From: Emiliania huxleyi CCMP1516
Lineage: Eukaryota
Direction of reading: 5' to 3'
Length of the DNA: 64,000 nt
Assembly (NCBI RefSeq): GCF_000372725.1
Contig: NW_005201092.1
Span: 775,833-839,832 of the forward strand
Shown: positions 1 through 12,525 of the stretch, piece by piece
Layout of the letters: every line of letters starts with the position of its first letter
Position numbering within the stretch: the stretch's first letter is position 1
The notes under the pieces: generated by a model
What the model saw: only the letters and a program-made list of their open reading frames with translations
The model's database searches: none
Told to the model about the DNA's origin: nothing
Made by a program: the position numbers and the translations under genes

Positions 1-2148
1 GAGACGGACGTGTCGCGCAGCCCAATCTCCACGGGGACACCGGAGGAGCCGTCGCAGAGGGAGCTATCCACGTCTTCCTCCTCCTCCGGCAGTCCGCTGC
101 GGCAAAGGCGGAAGTGGCGCGTGGCGCGGCGCAAGAAGGACATGGCCGCCCTCGCGGCCGACCCCGCCCCGTTGGTGAGCACGGCGACGCGGCTGAAGGG
201 GAGGGGCGAGCCCGCGCACGCGGGGCGGGCGAGGTGCTCCTCCGCCGCCTGCGGGGCCAAGCAAGGTGCAACGGTTAGGTGAATGTCTCCACGCAAACCA
301 GTGGTGGGGCAGGGGAGGAGAGGGGAGGGGGTGGGGGGCAGACCCGCAGGCTCGCGAGGAGCCGGTCGATGTCCCCGTCGCCAAAGTCGGAGATGAGGAG
401 GGTGAGGGAGGTGCCCGCGCCCGCGGTGAGCATGCTCCGCGGATAAGACCCCGCCCGGTCGACTCCGAGCCCTGTCGGCGGGCAGCCGGGCACCGGCCAC
501 TCTTGCAGGTAGACCGCGCCGTGGACGAGAACGACGGTGTCGGGGATGTCACGCGGGACGGTCAGCGTGGCGGCGAGGTTCGAGATCAGCGGCGTCGTCT
601 TGTAGCCGTACACCCGCTCCGCCTCTTCGAGGCTGACGTTCCTGTCGCCGAAGAGCCCCTCGGACAGCTGCACGTCGAAGGAGGAGTGTTTGACGGTCGT
701 CCAGAGCTCGTCGCTGTACTGGGAGAGCGCCTCCAAAAGGAAGGGGTGAGACACATTGTACACGGCGTTGCCGTTGAGGTGGCGCCGCAGCGCGACGGGG
801 ATCTCCTCGTCGGAGAAGGAGTCCCAGTTGAAGCCGCGGTAGGTGGAGCCGAGGACGGAGAAGGGCCTCTGCGCGTGCATGTCACGCATCAGCCGGTCGA
901 GCCAGAAGCGCGCCCTGGCGAGAGGGGGAGGGGAGGGGAGGGGGGGGGGGGTGGCTCATCTGGTCGGAGGCTCTTTGCCGGTGTGTCTCGTTGCCGGTGT
1001 GTGGGCAAGGGGCGCGGAAGGGGGAGGGTGTGTGTGCCGGGGGGGGAATGGGGTGTGTGGGAGAGAAGGGTCTGGGGGTTTCCAGCAGTACAAATGCATA
1101 CCCTTTCCCGGGTTCCAAGGGGCCAAAATTGGGGGGAGCGCATACTCCCGCGGTGCCCCGATCATAGGTCNNNNNNNNNNNNNNNNNNNNNNNNNNNNNN
1201 NNNNNNNNNNNNNNNNNNNNNNNNNNNNNNNNNNNNNNNNNNNNNNNNNNNNNNNNNNNNNNNNNNNNNNAGAGAAGCATTTTCTATACACACAGAGCGC
1301 CATACCCCCTAATTCTCTTCAACCAACATATAGCCGCTGGGCGTGGCGGAAGTGTGAACTCTGCAGGGCTCAGAGAGGGCAAGACTGGGCGGAAGTGTGA
1401 ACTCTGCAGGGCTCAGGCACATCGGCACGGTGTCCGGATCCATGTAGTAGACGGTCGTCTCTGGGCGAGCAGAGTAGTACGCAAGCATGCGGTAGAACTG
1501 CACGCTCGGCCCCGAGCTCCAGGCGACCTCAGAGCCGTGCTGCGCCTCGGTCAGGTTTCCGCCGAGCAGAGACACGGAGCCGAAGCAGCGCCTCCACGGC
1601 TTGGACGAGGCGCCCTGGAGGAACGCCTCGAGGGACGGCCAGACCGGCGTGCCTTGGAGCTCGCGGATGCTCTTCGAGTAGTAGAGCACCAGCCTCGGCG
1701 GGGCGGGCGCAAACCCAGCGCCGACCGCAGCGCAAGGAGCCACCACCTCCCATCGAGCGAACGAGCCGATCAGCTTCGACGCGTCGTGCGTGGCGAAGGG
1801 GCGGACGATGGCGAGTGCAGCTGCCGGTGAGGATGGCGGTGGAGGCGGCGGCGACACGGACGTCAAAGAGGGCGGCGCCAGCGTCACAGCCTGCCCGTAT
1901 GGGATGACCGACGGGGCTTGCGGAACCAGAAGGGGATTTTCCGACGGCGGCGGTGGTGAGGGCCACTCTTGTGGCTGCTGAGCTGGAACTGGAATAGAGG
2001 CGAGAACGGGGAGTAGCACCAGCAGTCCTGCGCGCCACAGGTATCCAAAAGAAGCGGACGCTCGACGAAAGGCGAATGGCGTGACCGCCACGGCGCAGAG
2101 CCTGACCAGAGCACCAACGGCGAGCCCGGTGGCCGCCGTCGTAGGCAT
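1..2148 (-). CDS. Multi-exon membrane/secreted protein, possibly glycosyltransferase-like; spans the gap at 1171-1270 and runs off the window start
   Basis: ORFs 1309-2361 and 275-889 read as consecutive parts of one protein: N-terminal hydrophobic segment, Pro-rich stalk, then GPSVQFY..YYMDPDTVP..FSVLGSTYRG..HLNGNAVY. Intron ~251-348. Confidence 0.5.
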
Positions 2149-2599
2149 GGCAGCGAACTCCAAAAGTACGCCGGCTTTGATCCCCGTGGGTAAGGTCACC
2201 TGCACCGTGCTGGCGGCGAACTGACCAAAACGAGAACGCCGGCTTTTGATCCCCGTGTCGCGCTCTGTTTTCTTTTTCTGGACCGACGGCCTTTCTCGCC
2301 GAGTACTATCTATATTCTTTTTGCGTATTCTTTCCGTATTCTTGTCCAAAATAGGGTCCATATTCTCGAATATGGCAAGAATATGGCTCCAAATAGGGCC
2401 TATATTCTCGAATATTCTTTATATTCCGGCTGAAAATCGCTTCGAAAAAGAATATAGAATATGAAGAAAAGCGTATAAAGGCCAATCCATACAAAATGGA
2501 GCTCGGCTCGGGGGTTGCGCAGCTTGCGGGACCACACAGCAGCTTGCGGGACGAAAGAGAGAGCGGATACAAAACGAGAACACAAAACGTACTCTCTCA

Positions 2600-3729
2600 C
2601 ATGACAAGCGATCCCACGACAGCGAGTGTGGGGACTACATGATCCGTACGTGAAGGGTGGAGGGGCCCGTCCGCAGAGCTAGGCGGCGTGGGCGCCCCCC
2701 ACTGGGGCCGAGGGTAGGAGGACGTCTGCCGCTTGCTTGTTCTTGACGTCGTTCGTTGACCCAGTTGGCGCTCAGGGGAGTTGAGCCAGTTGGTACGCGT
2801 ATTGCGCGCCTGCTTGTTGATGTTCTCGGCGTCGCCCGCCACCGCCGCCTTGGAGATCTGCTGCGTGTGGTGGACGACGAAGGAGGAGGCGCTCGCCGAC
2901 GCCGCCCCGTACACCGTCCGGGGTCCGTGTTGGTGCCCGCCGCCTCCTTGGCGAACACGTGGAGGAACTGCTTGGTGGGCGGCGCAATGCCTCCCAAAGT
3001 TTCCACGAGCACCAGCCGCGTTATGGCCTTCTTGACCCACTTCGCGTCGTAGTACTGCGCCCCCATCCACTTCCAGCCCGTATCCGTCTTGACCCACCCC
3101 TTTCCATACATGTACGCGTGGTCCTTGACCCATCCCTTTCCAGTCGAGTGGTCGAGCGGTCCGTCCACCTGACGGCCACGCTCCTTGCACCCCACGACTC
3201 CCGTCAACGCCTTGTCCAGCGTGTTTCCAAACCCGTAGAGGTGTGGCCCACCGACGCCACATTGCCACCATTGCCCCACGAGCCCCTCGCCGACGTCGTC
3301 GACTTGATGTTCCAGCACTTGACCTCGTAGTGCACGTCCCGCATCGTGGCGAAGTCGCCGCTGATCTCGCAGATGTCAGTCACGGACGTGTCGTTGAGGT
3401 GCCGCGTCACCTCGGGCTTTTCCTTGTCCCCGAGGATGATGCTGCCAACCGAGCGCGCCCGGACGGCATTCTGGGCGGCCCTTAGCACCCTGTTGTGCTT
3501 GGAGGTGCGGTCGCCCTTGTTGGAGTTGGCGAGGAAGTCGCCCTTGTACTCTCCCACCGTGACGTGCTCGCCCGCGGCAGCCCTTCTCGACGAGAGTGGG
3601 CGCAATCACCGACAAGTAGAGCCCGTGCCTGCGCTGTATCGCCGTCAGGAACATCGCCGACACCATCTTCGTGTGGTGGAGTCCATCAGGGCGCATGTCG
3701 AGCCATCCGAAAGAAGGGAACGCTCGCGT
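2600..3729 (-). mobile_element. 3' relic of a CRE-like non-LTR retrotransposon (restriction-like endonuclease region), frameshifted
   Basis: Pieces across several frames give GWL..P..FLTAIQRRHGL / GDFLAN..RTSKHN..TD..DVHYEVKC / LVETLGG..HHTQQIS. Homologous to the 26571-26930 relic. Confidence 0.6.
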
Positions 3730-3731
3730 TA

Positions 3732-5440
3732 CAAGTGCGCACACTTAATGATTTTCGGCCGGCCGCAGGTCGGGCTGGACGCGGCTGTTTCGGCCGGCGG
3801 TCGGGGTCGGACACCAGCTTTGTCGGCGCGTCAGCGCCGAAGAAAATTTTTGGCGATTTTCTTGTACTCCCGTCACTTCCAGCTCACCCTCCCGGTTTTG
3901 TCAAATAGGATTCGAATCTCGTCCTTCTATATTTCTCCTTGAGGTTCCCTCCCAGGCCCGCCGCCGCGCGCTCGCTGGACAGCGGCCGTGACTCACCTGC
4001 TTCGGGCGCGCTGCTCCTCGGGGATGGCGAGAAGCGGCAGAGATGATGCTCATAGATGAGCTAGCCCCAGATGCCCCGTTTGCCCCACTGCGGCGCCGCG
4101 CTCGTGCCGGCGTGCGAGTGGGTACAATGCACCCCCTCGGCCGCTCGCGGCCCGGAACGCATCGGGAGATATTCATTCGTATACGCCAAGACGTGCTCAG
4201 ATGGCACGTAGTAGTGTGACTGAGCGCGTGGCCACTCTCCACCCTCGATTGCGGGCTGGTAGGTGCGCAGTTGCCGCACGCGGCCGGAGGCTCAAGCGGC
4301 GAGGGGTGTGACGATGGCGGCCGCAGTGGTGTAGGCGGACAGTAATGATGCCGCGCGGGCGGAGTGGCGGACACGAGGACGCTGCCGTCGGACGAGGGGT
4401 TGCTATCATACGCAAGCACGAGCCGTCGGTGACGCGACGGCGTCATCACCGTTGGCCAGCATAGAAGCGCGAAAACCTGCCCGTGTGTCGGATGCGTCCC
4501 CAAACTTGTAGCGCTACATCTTTGGACACACACCGGCGGGCGCTTTCGAGGCGACCGGCAGCATTTTTTCTAGCCACATGGACCTTTTTGCGGCACGATA
4601 GCTGTGGGCTGCAACATGTACGTGTACCTACACTCGACTACAGCTACATGTACGACTGCAACGGCGCGCAGCGCCGAAGAAAATTTTGGGGCTTCTCGAG
4701 CGGCGGCCGGTGTGGACGCCGTTGTTTCGCAGCTCGGTCGGGGGGGGGCGCCCCTGCGTTTCCCTGCGGTCGGTCGAAAATGAGCTGTGCAGAGATTCGC
4801 TGCCGTCCCTCTTTTGATCGAAGAAACCCTCGCCCGAGCGGCTGCCCGCATCGCTTGATTTGCTGTGTGAGTGTTGAGGTGATGCGAGCGCGCGTGCGCG
4901 CGGCGCGCGTGCCGTTTTGGGTCTCTTTTATACCAGTGATGAAATATAAACCGACTTTACCACGCGCGCGCACGCGCGCGCCGCGCTCCTCGACTCTCTC
5001 GCACCCGCCCCGAGCCACGCCCCTCACGAGATAGGCGGCTGCGACCCTGAGAGTGCGCAGCGGTGCCGCTGGCGTGCTCACCACACCCATCCATCATGCC
5101 TGCATCATTCCTGCACGTACTGCCCGGTCTGGTCGGGGCGTGGGGCGAGATCTGGCATGGCGGCGCGCTTGAACTGAGCGCCTTCGATCGTCTCGCGGCG
5201 ACAGCTCGCAGGCCGGGCGGCCAGAAACTGTGCCGCTCAGCCATCCGCCGAAGCGAGCGCGCCGGCGGCGGACCGCCGCCGGCGCGCTCGGCTCAGTGTC
5301 TTCAAGCCCGCCGGTGGGGAGCTCCGCTTGCGGGCAACGATTGAACTGCGGGCAGCCTCGCTGTCCGTGAATCAAGCACTCTTCACGGACTGTTTGATTG
5401 TGGAAACAACCAATCTCTGCACCACTTATCATTAAGTGTG
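3732..5440. mobile_element. Non-autonomous TIR element (TA target duplication, Tc1/mariner-like), copy 1, with a nested insertion in its right TIR
   Basis: TA at 3730-31 then CAAGTGCGCACACTTAATGATTTTCG. Near-identical to 37262-38312. Right TIR is split at 4781 and resumes at 5428 (ATCATTAAGTGTG), followed by TA at 5441-42. Confidence 0.85.
4782..5427. mobile_element. Nested non-autonomous element with short imperfect TIRs
   Basis: Ends GAGCTGTGCAGAGATT / AATCTCTGCACCACTT, flanked by AT on both sides. Interrupts a TIR that is continuous in the other copy. Confidence 0.7.
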
Positions 5441-5554
5441 TACCCGCGCCCCCGCCGGGCCCCTTCCTCGTGTTGCTGCAGGTCTTGCTGCAGGTCGGCG
5501 CGCCTGCCCCGCGCCTGATCTCGTCGCGCCTGACCTCGCGACTGACTCGCTACA

Positions 5555-6428
5555 ATGGTGCGCCTCGGCTCGCTCCTCCTCGACGCCTGCAACCTGCAGC
5601 TCGGCTTTGAGCTCGCCGCGACCGCGCCGCCGCGGCCGATCGTCACCAGCCCGCTCGTCGCCGACCTTCCCGAGAAGCTGGCGAGCCTCTCGCGGCTCGT
5701 GCTGCCGAGCCTCGGCGCGGGCGGGCTCGAGGCTGCGGCGACCACGACCGCCGTCTTCGACGGCGCCGCCTTCCACTCTGCCTTTGAGGGCGGCCGTTGG
5801 GACGACACGGCTGAGGGCTTTGCGCGGGTCCACTTTACCGACGTGCACGAGAAGGCGGACGACCGACTGATGCGGATGATTGACGATCTCGCCGCGGCGG
5901 ACGACGAGGCCTCTCCCGCGTCGCCGCTCCGGCACGGCGCAGAGGCGGCGGAGCTGCTCGAGGCGTGCGGCGAGGGCGCCTGCCCCGTGATTGTGGCGAC
6001 GCGGCAGCGGGCGGTGCCGGGGAAGGCGGAGCGGCAGCGGTGCGAGGCTCCCCCCTCCAGCGGCGGCGGGGCTCGGACCCCTCTCGCAGCCTTCCCGGAC
6101 CCCTCTCTGTAGGCGGGAGGCCTTCCTCAAGGCGTGCGGACTGCCGCGGCTCGGAGACACCGCCCACCTGCCCTCCTTCACGCCCGCGCAGCGAGAGCGC
6201 TCCGCCAACCTCGCGCGCGGCCTCCACAAGCTCGGTCCCGGCGTCATCTCCTTCCGCCTGCTCGAGCGGCCAAACGCGATCCTCGCCACAGACGACCGCG
6301 GCTTGCGCAGACGCGCGATGGCAAACTCGCCCGTCGTGGTGCTCGGCCGCAGCCAACTCTTCAACTGGCTCGAGGCCACCACGGGCGAGAATGGAGGGGA
6401 GGGGTGGGAGAACACTGACGGTGTCTGA
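5555..6428 (+). CDS. YacP-like NYN/PIN-fold ribonuclease, 2 exons (intron 6040-6112)
   Basis: Motifs LLDACNL, VFDG, ADD and ATDDRGLRRRA match the acidic NYN/PIN core. A GT-AG intron joins ORFs 5555-6112 and 5991-6428 in frame. Confidence 0.65.
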
Positions 6429-6560
6429 GGCCGTCGCGGCCACATCGGACATCGGCACATCGCATGCAGCACTCATGGTCGCCCGCGGCGCACTCGTCCT
6501 CTCTCCCGTCGCTCTCCCGTCTCCGCGGTCCGCTCTGAATTTGTGTGTGCGCGCAATCCA

Positions 6561-6826
6561 CAGTCGCGCTCCCAATACGTGCATCACTTTTGTGACAGGT
6601 CTCAGACTTTGAGCGGCCATATCTCGGTAACTATTGATGGTCCACCTGAAAACTCTTCGGATTTGGAAGATGGAACGGTGCACTCAACGCGGGGGCCCGG
6701 CCCCGCCCGAGCCCCGTTCGAATGGCGATGTGAGTTCTCCGGTGGACCATCAATAGTTACCGAGATATGGCCGCTCAAAGTCTGAGACCTGTCACAAAAG
6801 TGATGCACGTATTGGGAGCGCGACTG
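6561..6826. mobile_element. 266 bp foldback MITE
   Basis: ~95 bp near-perfect terminal inverted repeats (CAGTCGCGCTCCCAATACG...). 4 bp TSD TCCA at 6557-60 and 6827-30. Confidence 0.9.
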
Positions 6827-6926
6827 TCCACAAATATCATCGGCCTTAACGGCCGAGGTACACGGCTTTTACGTGAGGGTGCGACCTCTGCTGTGACGAA
6901 ACACCGTGACGTCGCGATGGTCTACT

Positions 6927-7547
6927 CTAAGCGCGACCCTGACTATCTGTGCTGATATCGGGCACTCTACTAAAGTGGCTCACGATTCTGCCCAGCTTCC
7001 TCGGCCCCTCCACTTTCCAGTCCAGCACGAACAGGTCCGGGTCCGTGCAGAGTAGCCTGCCTCGGTACACATCCGGGCCGCAGGGGTGGAACATGCCCGG
7101 CTGGTTGAACGGCCTCTCTCCTCGCACCACTTCAGCCTCCATGCCATCGGTGGGCGGCTGGAAGGGCGTTGAGGCGCCGTCGATGTCTATGCTGTGGAAC
7201 AAGCGCTCTCCAGCCAGCATGCTGGCTGCTAGGGCGGCTGGCTCCCTCTTGACCCCGTCGTCGAAGAACACCGCGACTCTCCCCCCACCGTCGCCGTCCT
7301 CCGCCTCACCAAAGCGATAGAGCAGCGCATGCCGCGCGTCGAAGCTCTCCATGTCTGGCTCCAGGGTCACCTTACCCTTCTCCTCGTAGGCGAGCACCCG
7401 CGGCGATCCGGTCAGCGGCACGAAGGCCGCATCTCCACGAAAGGTGCCGCTGAGGCCGCCTCGCGTGTACGTCAGTGTCTTTGTCAGCGTCCACGGCCCA
7501 AGCAGGTAGGAAAGCAGCGCCGCGGGCGTTGCGGGCGTGGTCCACAT
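6927..7547 (-). CDS. DUF6314-like beta-barrel protein
   Basis: LLGPWTLTK..GTFRGDA..YEEKG..VFFDDG..FH..HPCGPDVYRG..WKVEGPRK pattern. Confidence 0.75.
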   Translation of the reverse strand: MWTTPATPAALLSYLLGPWTLTKTLTYTRGGLSGTFRGDAAFVPLTGSPRVLAYEEKGKVTLEPDMESFDARHALLYRFGEAEDGDGGGRVAVFFDDGVKREPAALAASMLAGERLFHSIDIDGASTPFQPPTDGMEAEVVRGERPFNQPGMFHPCGPDVYRGRLLCTDPDLFVLDWKVEGPRKLGRIVSHFSRVPDISTDSQGRA

Positions 7548-7647
7548 TGCAAGCACACTAATTTCTTTTTATGGCCTTTCGGGCCCGGGGGAGGCTTTTT
7601 TCGAAAGAAAAAATTGAGCCCCCCGCTGGCGGCTGGGTGCTGGTGGG

Positions 7648-8935
7648 ATGCGTATGAGGCGGACGAGGGAGGAGCGCCGCGAGCTGCCGGCGCGTGTGTC
7701 TGCCGATATGCAGAAGATCACGCTCACCTCGCTCCCGCTCGATGCCCTCGTCACCGTCGTGTCTCACCTCGACAGCCTCAGCCTCCTCACAGTCGCCACT
7801 GTGAACCGCACGCTGCGTGCCGCCGCCGAGGACGAGTCCCTCTGGTCCGCCCGCGCCCGCCGCTATCTCGGCCCTGTGCTGCACGCCTATTTCGGCGGCG
7901 AGCTGCCGTCGCGGCCGCCCGGCGCAGGCGCAAAGCAGGGCTACTTTGCGCTGTATGCCGGGTGGAAGCAGCTGGCGCAGGAGCGGAGCGGGCGGCTGCT
8001 CCTCAAGATCGGCAAGCCGCGCAGCCGTGGCGACTGGGCCGGCGAGTGGCAGCGGTGGCAGACGGGGACGTACCAGACAAGCAGCGGAGCTTCGGCGGTG
8101 TGCTTTGGGCTGCCGACCAGCCAGTGCGAGGCGTACGGAGTCTTCGATGCCACCGACTTTGACCACCCCGGCTCGAACGAGCTGCTTGGGCAGGCGGCCG
8201 CGAGGCCGGACGCGTCGGACGCCTTTCGGCTCTGCCGCCACAGCGGGCTGGGCAGAGGCAGAGAGTGGAGGGGTGAGCGAGAGAGCTGTGCATAGGCTCG
8301 GCCGCCACAGCGGGCTCGCCATGCGCATGCTCGCGGGGATGGGTGTGCCGGGCCTGGAGGCGGTGCCGTGCGACGCGGCGCTCGAGAAGCTGCTTGCGCG
8401 GTCGAGCCGGCGCAGACCTCGCCCCTCCGCCGAGCTGGAGGAGGGCTGCCCGAACACCAACGCCCTCACCGAGCCCTCGCACCTCACCCCTCACCCCTCA
8501 CCCCTCACCCCTCACCCCTCACCCCTCACCCCTCACCCCTCACCCCTCGCCCTGACCGCGGCTGGGCAGGAGGGCGGCCTCCGCGACCGCCTCCGCGCGG
8601 CGTGCTCGGCGTGGCGCGGCAGCCCCCCACACGGAAGCGAGCACAGACCCGTCCAAGAGTGCTTCTCCCCGTTTGCCCTGGTGGCGTGCTTCGCTTGCGT
8701 CGCCATCGCGCTCCGCTGCTACGAGACGTCCTACGCGCGCGCGCACGGCTGGCCCTCGCCCAAGCTCGGCAGCCTGCTGCAGCGCGACCGGCCGGGCGGC
8801 GACTTGTGGCAGACGGCGCTGGAGGAGAGGCGCCTCGCGATTGCAGGGCGGGAGGGCAGAGCGCGCCACTGCGAGGCAGACCACGCCGCGTGCCTCTCCG
8901 AGGAGAGAGAGTTGAGTGTGCGGTCTCCGCTCTGA
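7648..8935 (+). CDS. F-box + cytochrome b5-like domain protein with C-terminal TM segment (introns 8229-8295 and ~8420-8570)
   Basis: LTSLPLDALVTVVSHLD..TVNRTLRAAAEDESLW (F-box). VFDATDFDHPG..DASDAFRLGRHS..AMRML (b5, both axial His) after splicing. Confidence 0.7.
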
Positions 8936-9578
8936 CGATCAGGCCGGGGGTGGTGGCGTGTGAGCGTTTGAGCATGTCGTGTTTGGCGTTCTCGGTTCTG
9001 TCCGCGACCCGCATGGTGATTGGTGTTTGTGAATCGGTGACACTTGTTGACTTGTACACAAGTTGTGCTTGTGGCTCTCGAGAGAAACAGGGCGCGCGGC
9101 GAAGATAGAGCTCTTTGCTTTCAGCTTAGAGGCTCCTACCTCCTACCAGGGGTGCCTACCACCGGCTTTAGAGAGGGGCGCTTCACGGTCCGACGAGTTT
9201 GACACTCCGCTCTCTCGCTGCGGGTCTCGTGTCTGTACGACACGAGCTGCCCCCTGTGCGCCGCCCACCGCGCCGGGGACAGGACCGCCGGCCGCCGCTG
9301 TGAGCGCGGGCGTGCACTCGCGTGCTGCTCCCTCTTCTGTGTGGGAGGGGTGGGGACCAAAAGAGATCTCGCTGGCAAGAGGACAGTTGGGGAGGACATA
9401 TCTCGCTGGCATGAGAGGACAGTTGACTGCTCTGGGGGGAGGCGGGGGCCCTAGAGGGTATCCATGCGGGGGGGAGATGGGGTCCCATGGCCCGCCGCAG
9501 GCGCCGATTTTTTTGCGATTTTTTCTTTTTTGTTCGATTTTTTACTTTTTTCATGGGAATTCGCCGTACTGTGCGGCC

Positions 9579-11161
9579 ATGCTATCACGCCTTGCGACAG
9601 CCTGTCGGCGCTGCTGACCGTGCCCTGCTGCACAATTGACCACCTGCATAGCTCGCGGCCTCAGTATCCAGCATTCAGTGACGACCTGAGTGTACGGCCA
9701 GTAGGAAGGTGTCCTTTCAGCGCGTGCACGCTTCTGGTGCAATGCGCGTCGCCTCGGATTGGCTGCTGGCACTCTCGAGGCTATGCCTACACAGCCTCGC
9801 GCGCATGGGCAGTCAAGAGGGACCACGCACCTTCTCAGGACAGCGCCGGTGCCTCTCTCTTGGACCGGCAAACTTGGTGGTCTCGTGTCACCAATGTGGG
9901 ACCAGTGCGGCATCGCGCCATCGACAGCTCTGAACTGCGCCTCAACTCGCTGCTCACCTTCGTGCTCTCCGTCCTCATCTCCGGAGTGCTCGTCAACCTC
10001 GCCATGCTCCTCTCGGACCTGATCGCACGCCTCCTCTTCACCCGCTATGACGCGAGCAAGTGCAGCCTGCCGAGTGTGCTTCCGTGGCCCGACCCGGCCG
10101 GCAACAGCAAGCCGTTCGACGTGCCGGTGCCGGAGGCGAGCGAGGAGCAGCTCGCCAGCTTCCTCGCCTTCCGCGGCGTCGCGCTCCCGGCGACCGACGC
10201 GGCGCGGCGCGAGGCGGCCGCCCGCGAGGCGATCTCTTACATGGCGGAGCTCTTTGACCGCAAGCACGACGACTGGTGCTACCGGCACTACGCGCTGCGG
10301 GAGAAGGGGCTCGCCTTCCCGTACCGCGCTCCCTTCATGGACGACTGGAACTTTTACGGCGAGACCTCGGCGCACCTGCGCCCGGTAGGCAACGGGCAGA
10401 TCATCTTTGCGCTCCACCACGCCGTGGAGGGCTTCATGATGCCGCTGCTGTACTTCTGGACGCACAACCCTTCCTACTTCTTCTTCTCAATGTACGCAGA
10501 CATGGGCGTCGAGGCGTACGACACGCTCGCCATGCTCTACCGCCGGTGGGCGGGCAGAGACTACACGCTCACGCGCCACCACCCCGCCGTCGATCACATC
10601 CTGACGCCGCACCACCTCTTCGGCGTCTTCTTCGAGACGCTCGCGCTGATGGGGGGCCCGGGCATCTCCAAGACGTTCATGTTCCACGTCGAGGCCTCCG
10701 CTCACGCCTCGGGCGTCTTCATCCTCGCCGCCATAGTCATGCACCAGACGCCCGCCCAGTCGTGGCCGCGCTTCCTTTACCGCTTCCAAAAGTGCGTCGT
10801 CGCCGCCATCGTCGCGTGCCGCGTCATCTGGTGGATCCCGGTCGCCGCCGGCTCGCTGCGCCTCGCTTACGCCTACAGCGGCGACTTCCCCGCCTGGCTC
10901 GCGCCATACGGCATCCGTGGGCTCGGCCACTCCTTCCCCCTCCTCTCGCCCGTCTTCCTCTTCTCGCTGCTGCTGATTGGCTTCTACACGCACTTCAACG
11001 CGGACCAGCTGCAGTACAACCTCAAGCTGCTGCGCAAGGCGGCCGCCAGGGTGCGCGCGGCGAACGATGCGGAGAAGCCGGCGCCGGCGAAACCCCCGCT
11101 TGCTGCGCTCGCCGGCCCGGCTCAGCGCAAGTCGCCCCGCCTCGCCGCCGCCAGCGCATAG
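9579..11161 (+). CDS. Multi-pass membrane protein, possibly TLC-domain-like; 5' structure uncertain
   Basis: Strong C/G-ending codon bias from ~9930. Several hydrophobic helices, ALHH and YD..ILTPHH motifs. Confidence 0.55.
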
Positions 11162-11718
11162 AGCGAGACGAGGGAGAGGCGCGGCCTGGGTTGTCTAGAT
11201 TGGCTGTGCGAGGCTGCGTGTCGCCGCGTACATCGACGCTCGTGTTAGTGTGGTCAAGTGTTTGAGTGTGCGCTGGGAGTGTGTTGTTGTAGTGTCGAAT
11301 GCCCCCATGTCCATGTGCCATGAGTCACATATACGACACCCCCCTGCCCATCCATCGCGAGGCCTTCTCGTGTAAAGACTTATAAAGAGCTCGTGACGGG
11401 AGAGCAACATGGTTTCGAAAAAGAAAGAATCTTACAACAAAACTCCCTCGCACAAGAAAGAAAACAGCCACCCAAGGGAGGGATTGGTGTACTGTTAGTG
11501 CCAGTGGCAGTGCGCGCCAGTGCCCACCCTGTCTGTGCCCGGAGTCATGCCTCATGCGAAAAATGGGGTTGAAATTCTTTTCTCGCACGACACTGGGCAC
11601 GGGACTGGCGCTCACTGGCAACAACACAAAATTCTTCTCTCGGCAACTCGGCTCCCGTGGTGTACCTCTCTCTCCTTCTCTCTCTTGTGTTAGTGCCAGT
11701 GGCAGTGCCTGAGGGAGG

Positions 11719-11890
11719 GTATAGAGGATGTAGAGTGTAGAGCGCTGTTGAGCTGTAGAGATGTAGAGAGAGCGCTCTGGAGCGCTGTAGAGCTGTAGAG
11801 CTCTACATCCGGCGCGGGACAGAGCGATGCAGATGTAGAGCGCTGTAGAGGCGCTCTACAACGTGAAATCTCTACACAACAAACTCTGCA
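11719..11890. repeat. Cluster of TGTAGAG / CTCTACA motifs in both orientations (MITE-like)
   Basis: Repeated TGTAGAG(CGC) units followed by inverted CTCTACA units. Confidence 0.55.
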
Positions 11891-12321
11891 TCATCTCCCA
11901 GTAAGCTAAAAGTACGTACGTACATCATAAGCGGCGAACGAGGCACGGTCGCTCTCCGACATGAGGCGCGTTGCACTTGTCAGTGCTACCCTGGCCTTCT
12001 GCCTGCCCGCCCAATGGGTGGCAGGTGCCTCTGCTGCTGTGGCATGCCTCACGGCTGCGACTGGCCGGCGCCTCGGCGCGTCAGCTCGGCTCGGCGTAGC
12101 GATCGTGGCCAGCGCAACTCGCCTGGACTCAACGCTCAGCCAGGAGCTCCCGCACGCGCTGGCGCGAGTCATGGCGCAGACAACGCGTCTGAATGCTAGC
12201 CTCGCCTCGCGCAAATGCGACCGTCCTCGCAGCCGACAGTCCACCGCCTGCTAAAGAAGCACAGCGATGAATGCGGCACCGGCGACGCATGGCAGGCTGG
12301 TCATGACGCATCTCTCGCTGC

Positions 12322-12525
12322 GACCAGCTGCTGCCCAAGAAGGTCGAAGCGGTGCGGCGCGGCGCGTCGTCGCTGTCTCGGGAGAGGAGAGAGTAACAGC
12401 CTCGCCCTCATCGCCGACGGCGCCTTCTTTACCTGGGGCGAGGGCGGCCACGGCTGCCTAGGCCACGGAGAGGACCTGTCGGACCAGCTGCTGCCCAAGA
12501 AGCAAGAAGGTCGAGGCGTGGGCCG
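12322..12525 (+). pseudogene. Frameshifted C-terminal fragment of the F-box-RCC1 family
   Basis: DQLLPKKVE..SLALIADGAFFTWGEGGHGCLGHGEDLSDQLLPKK matches the last blade of 35401-36828. Confidence 0.8.

Noticed and set aside
930..1170. G-run-rich sequence beside the gap (similar noisy stretches at 18350-18830 and 57231-57400)
   Set aside because: Looks like low-quality read ends; no feature can be supported.
3901..4533. ORFs inside the TA-MITE as a transposase
   Set aside because: No DDE or HTH motifs, and the frames differ between the two copies because of indels.
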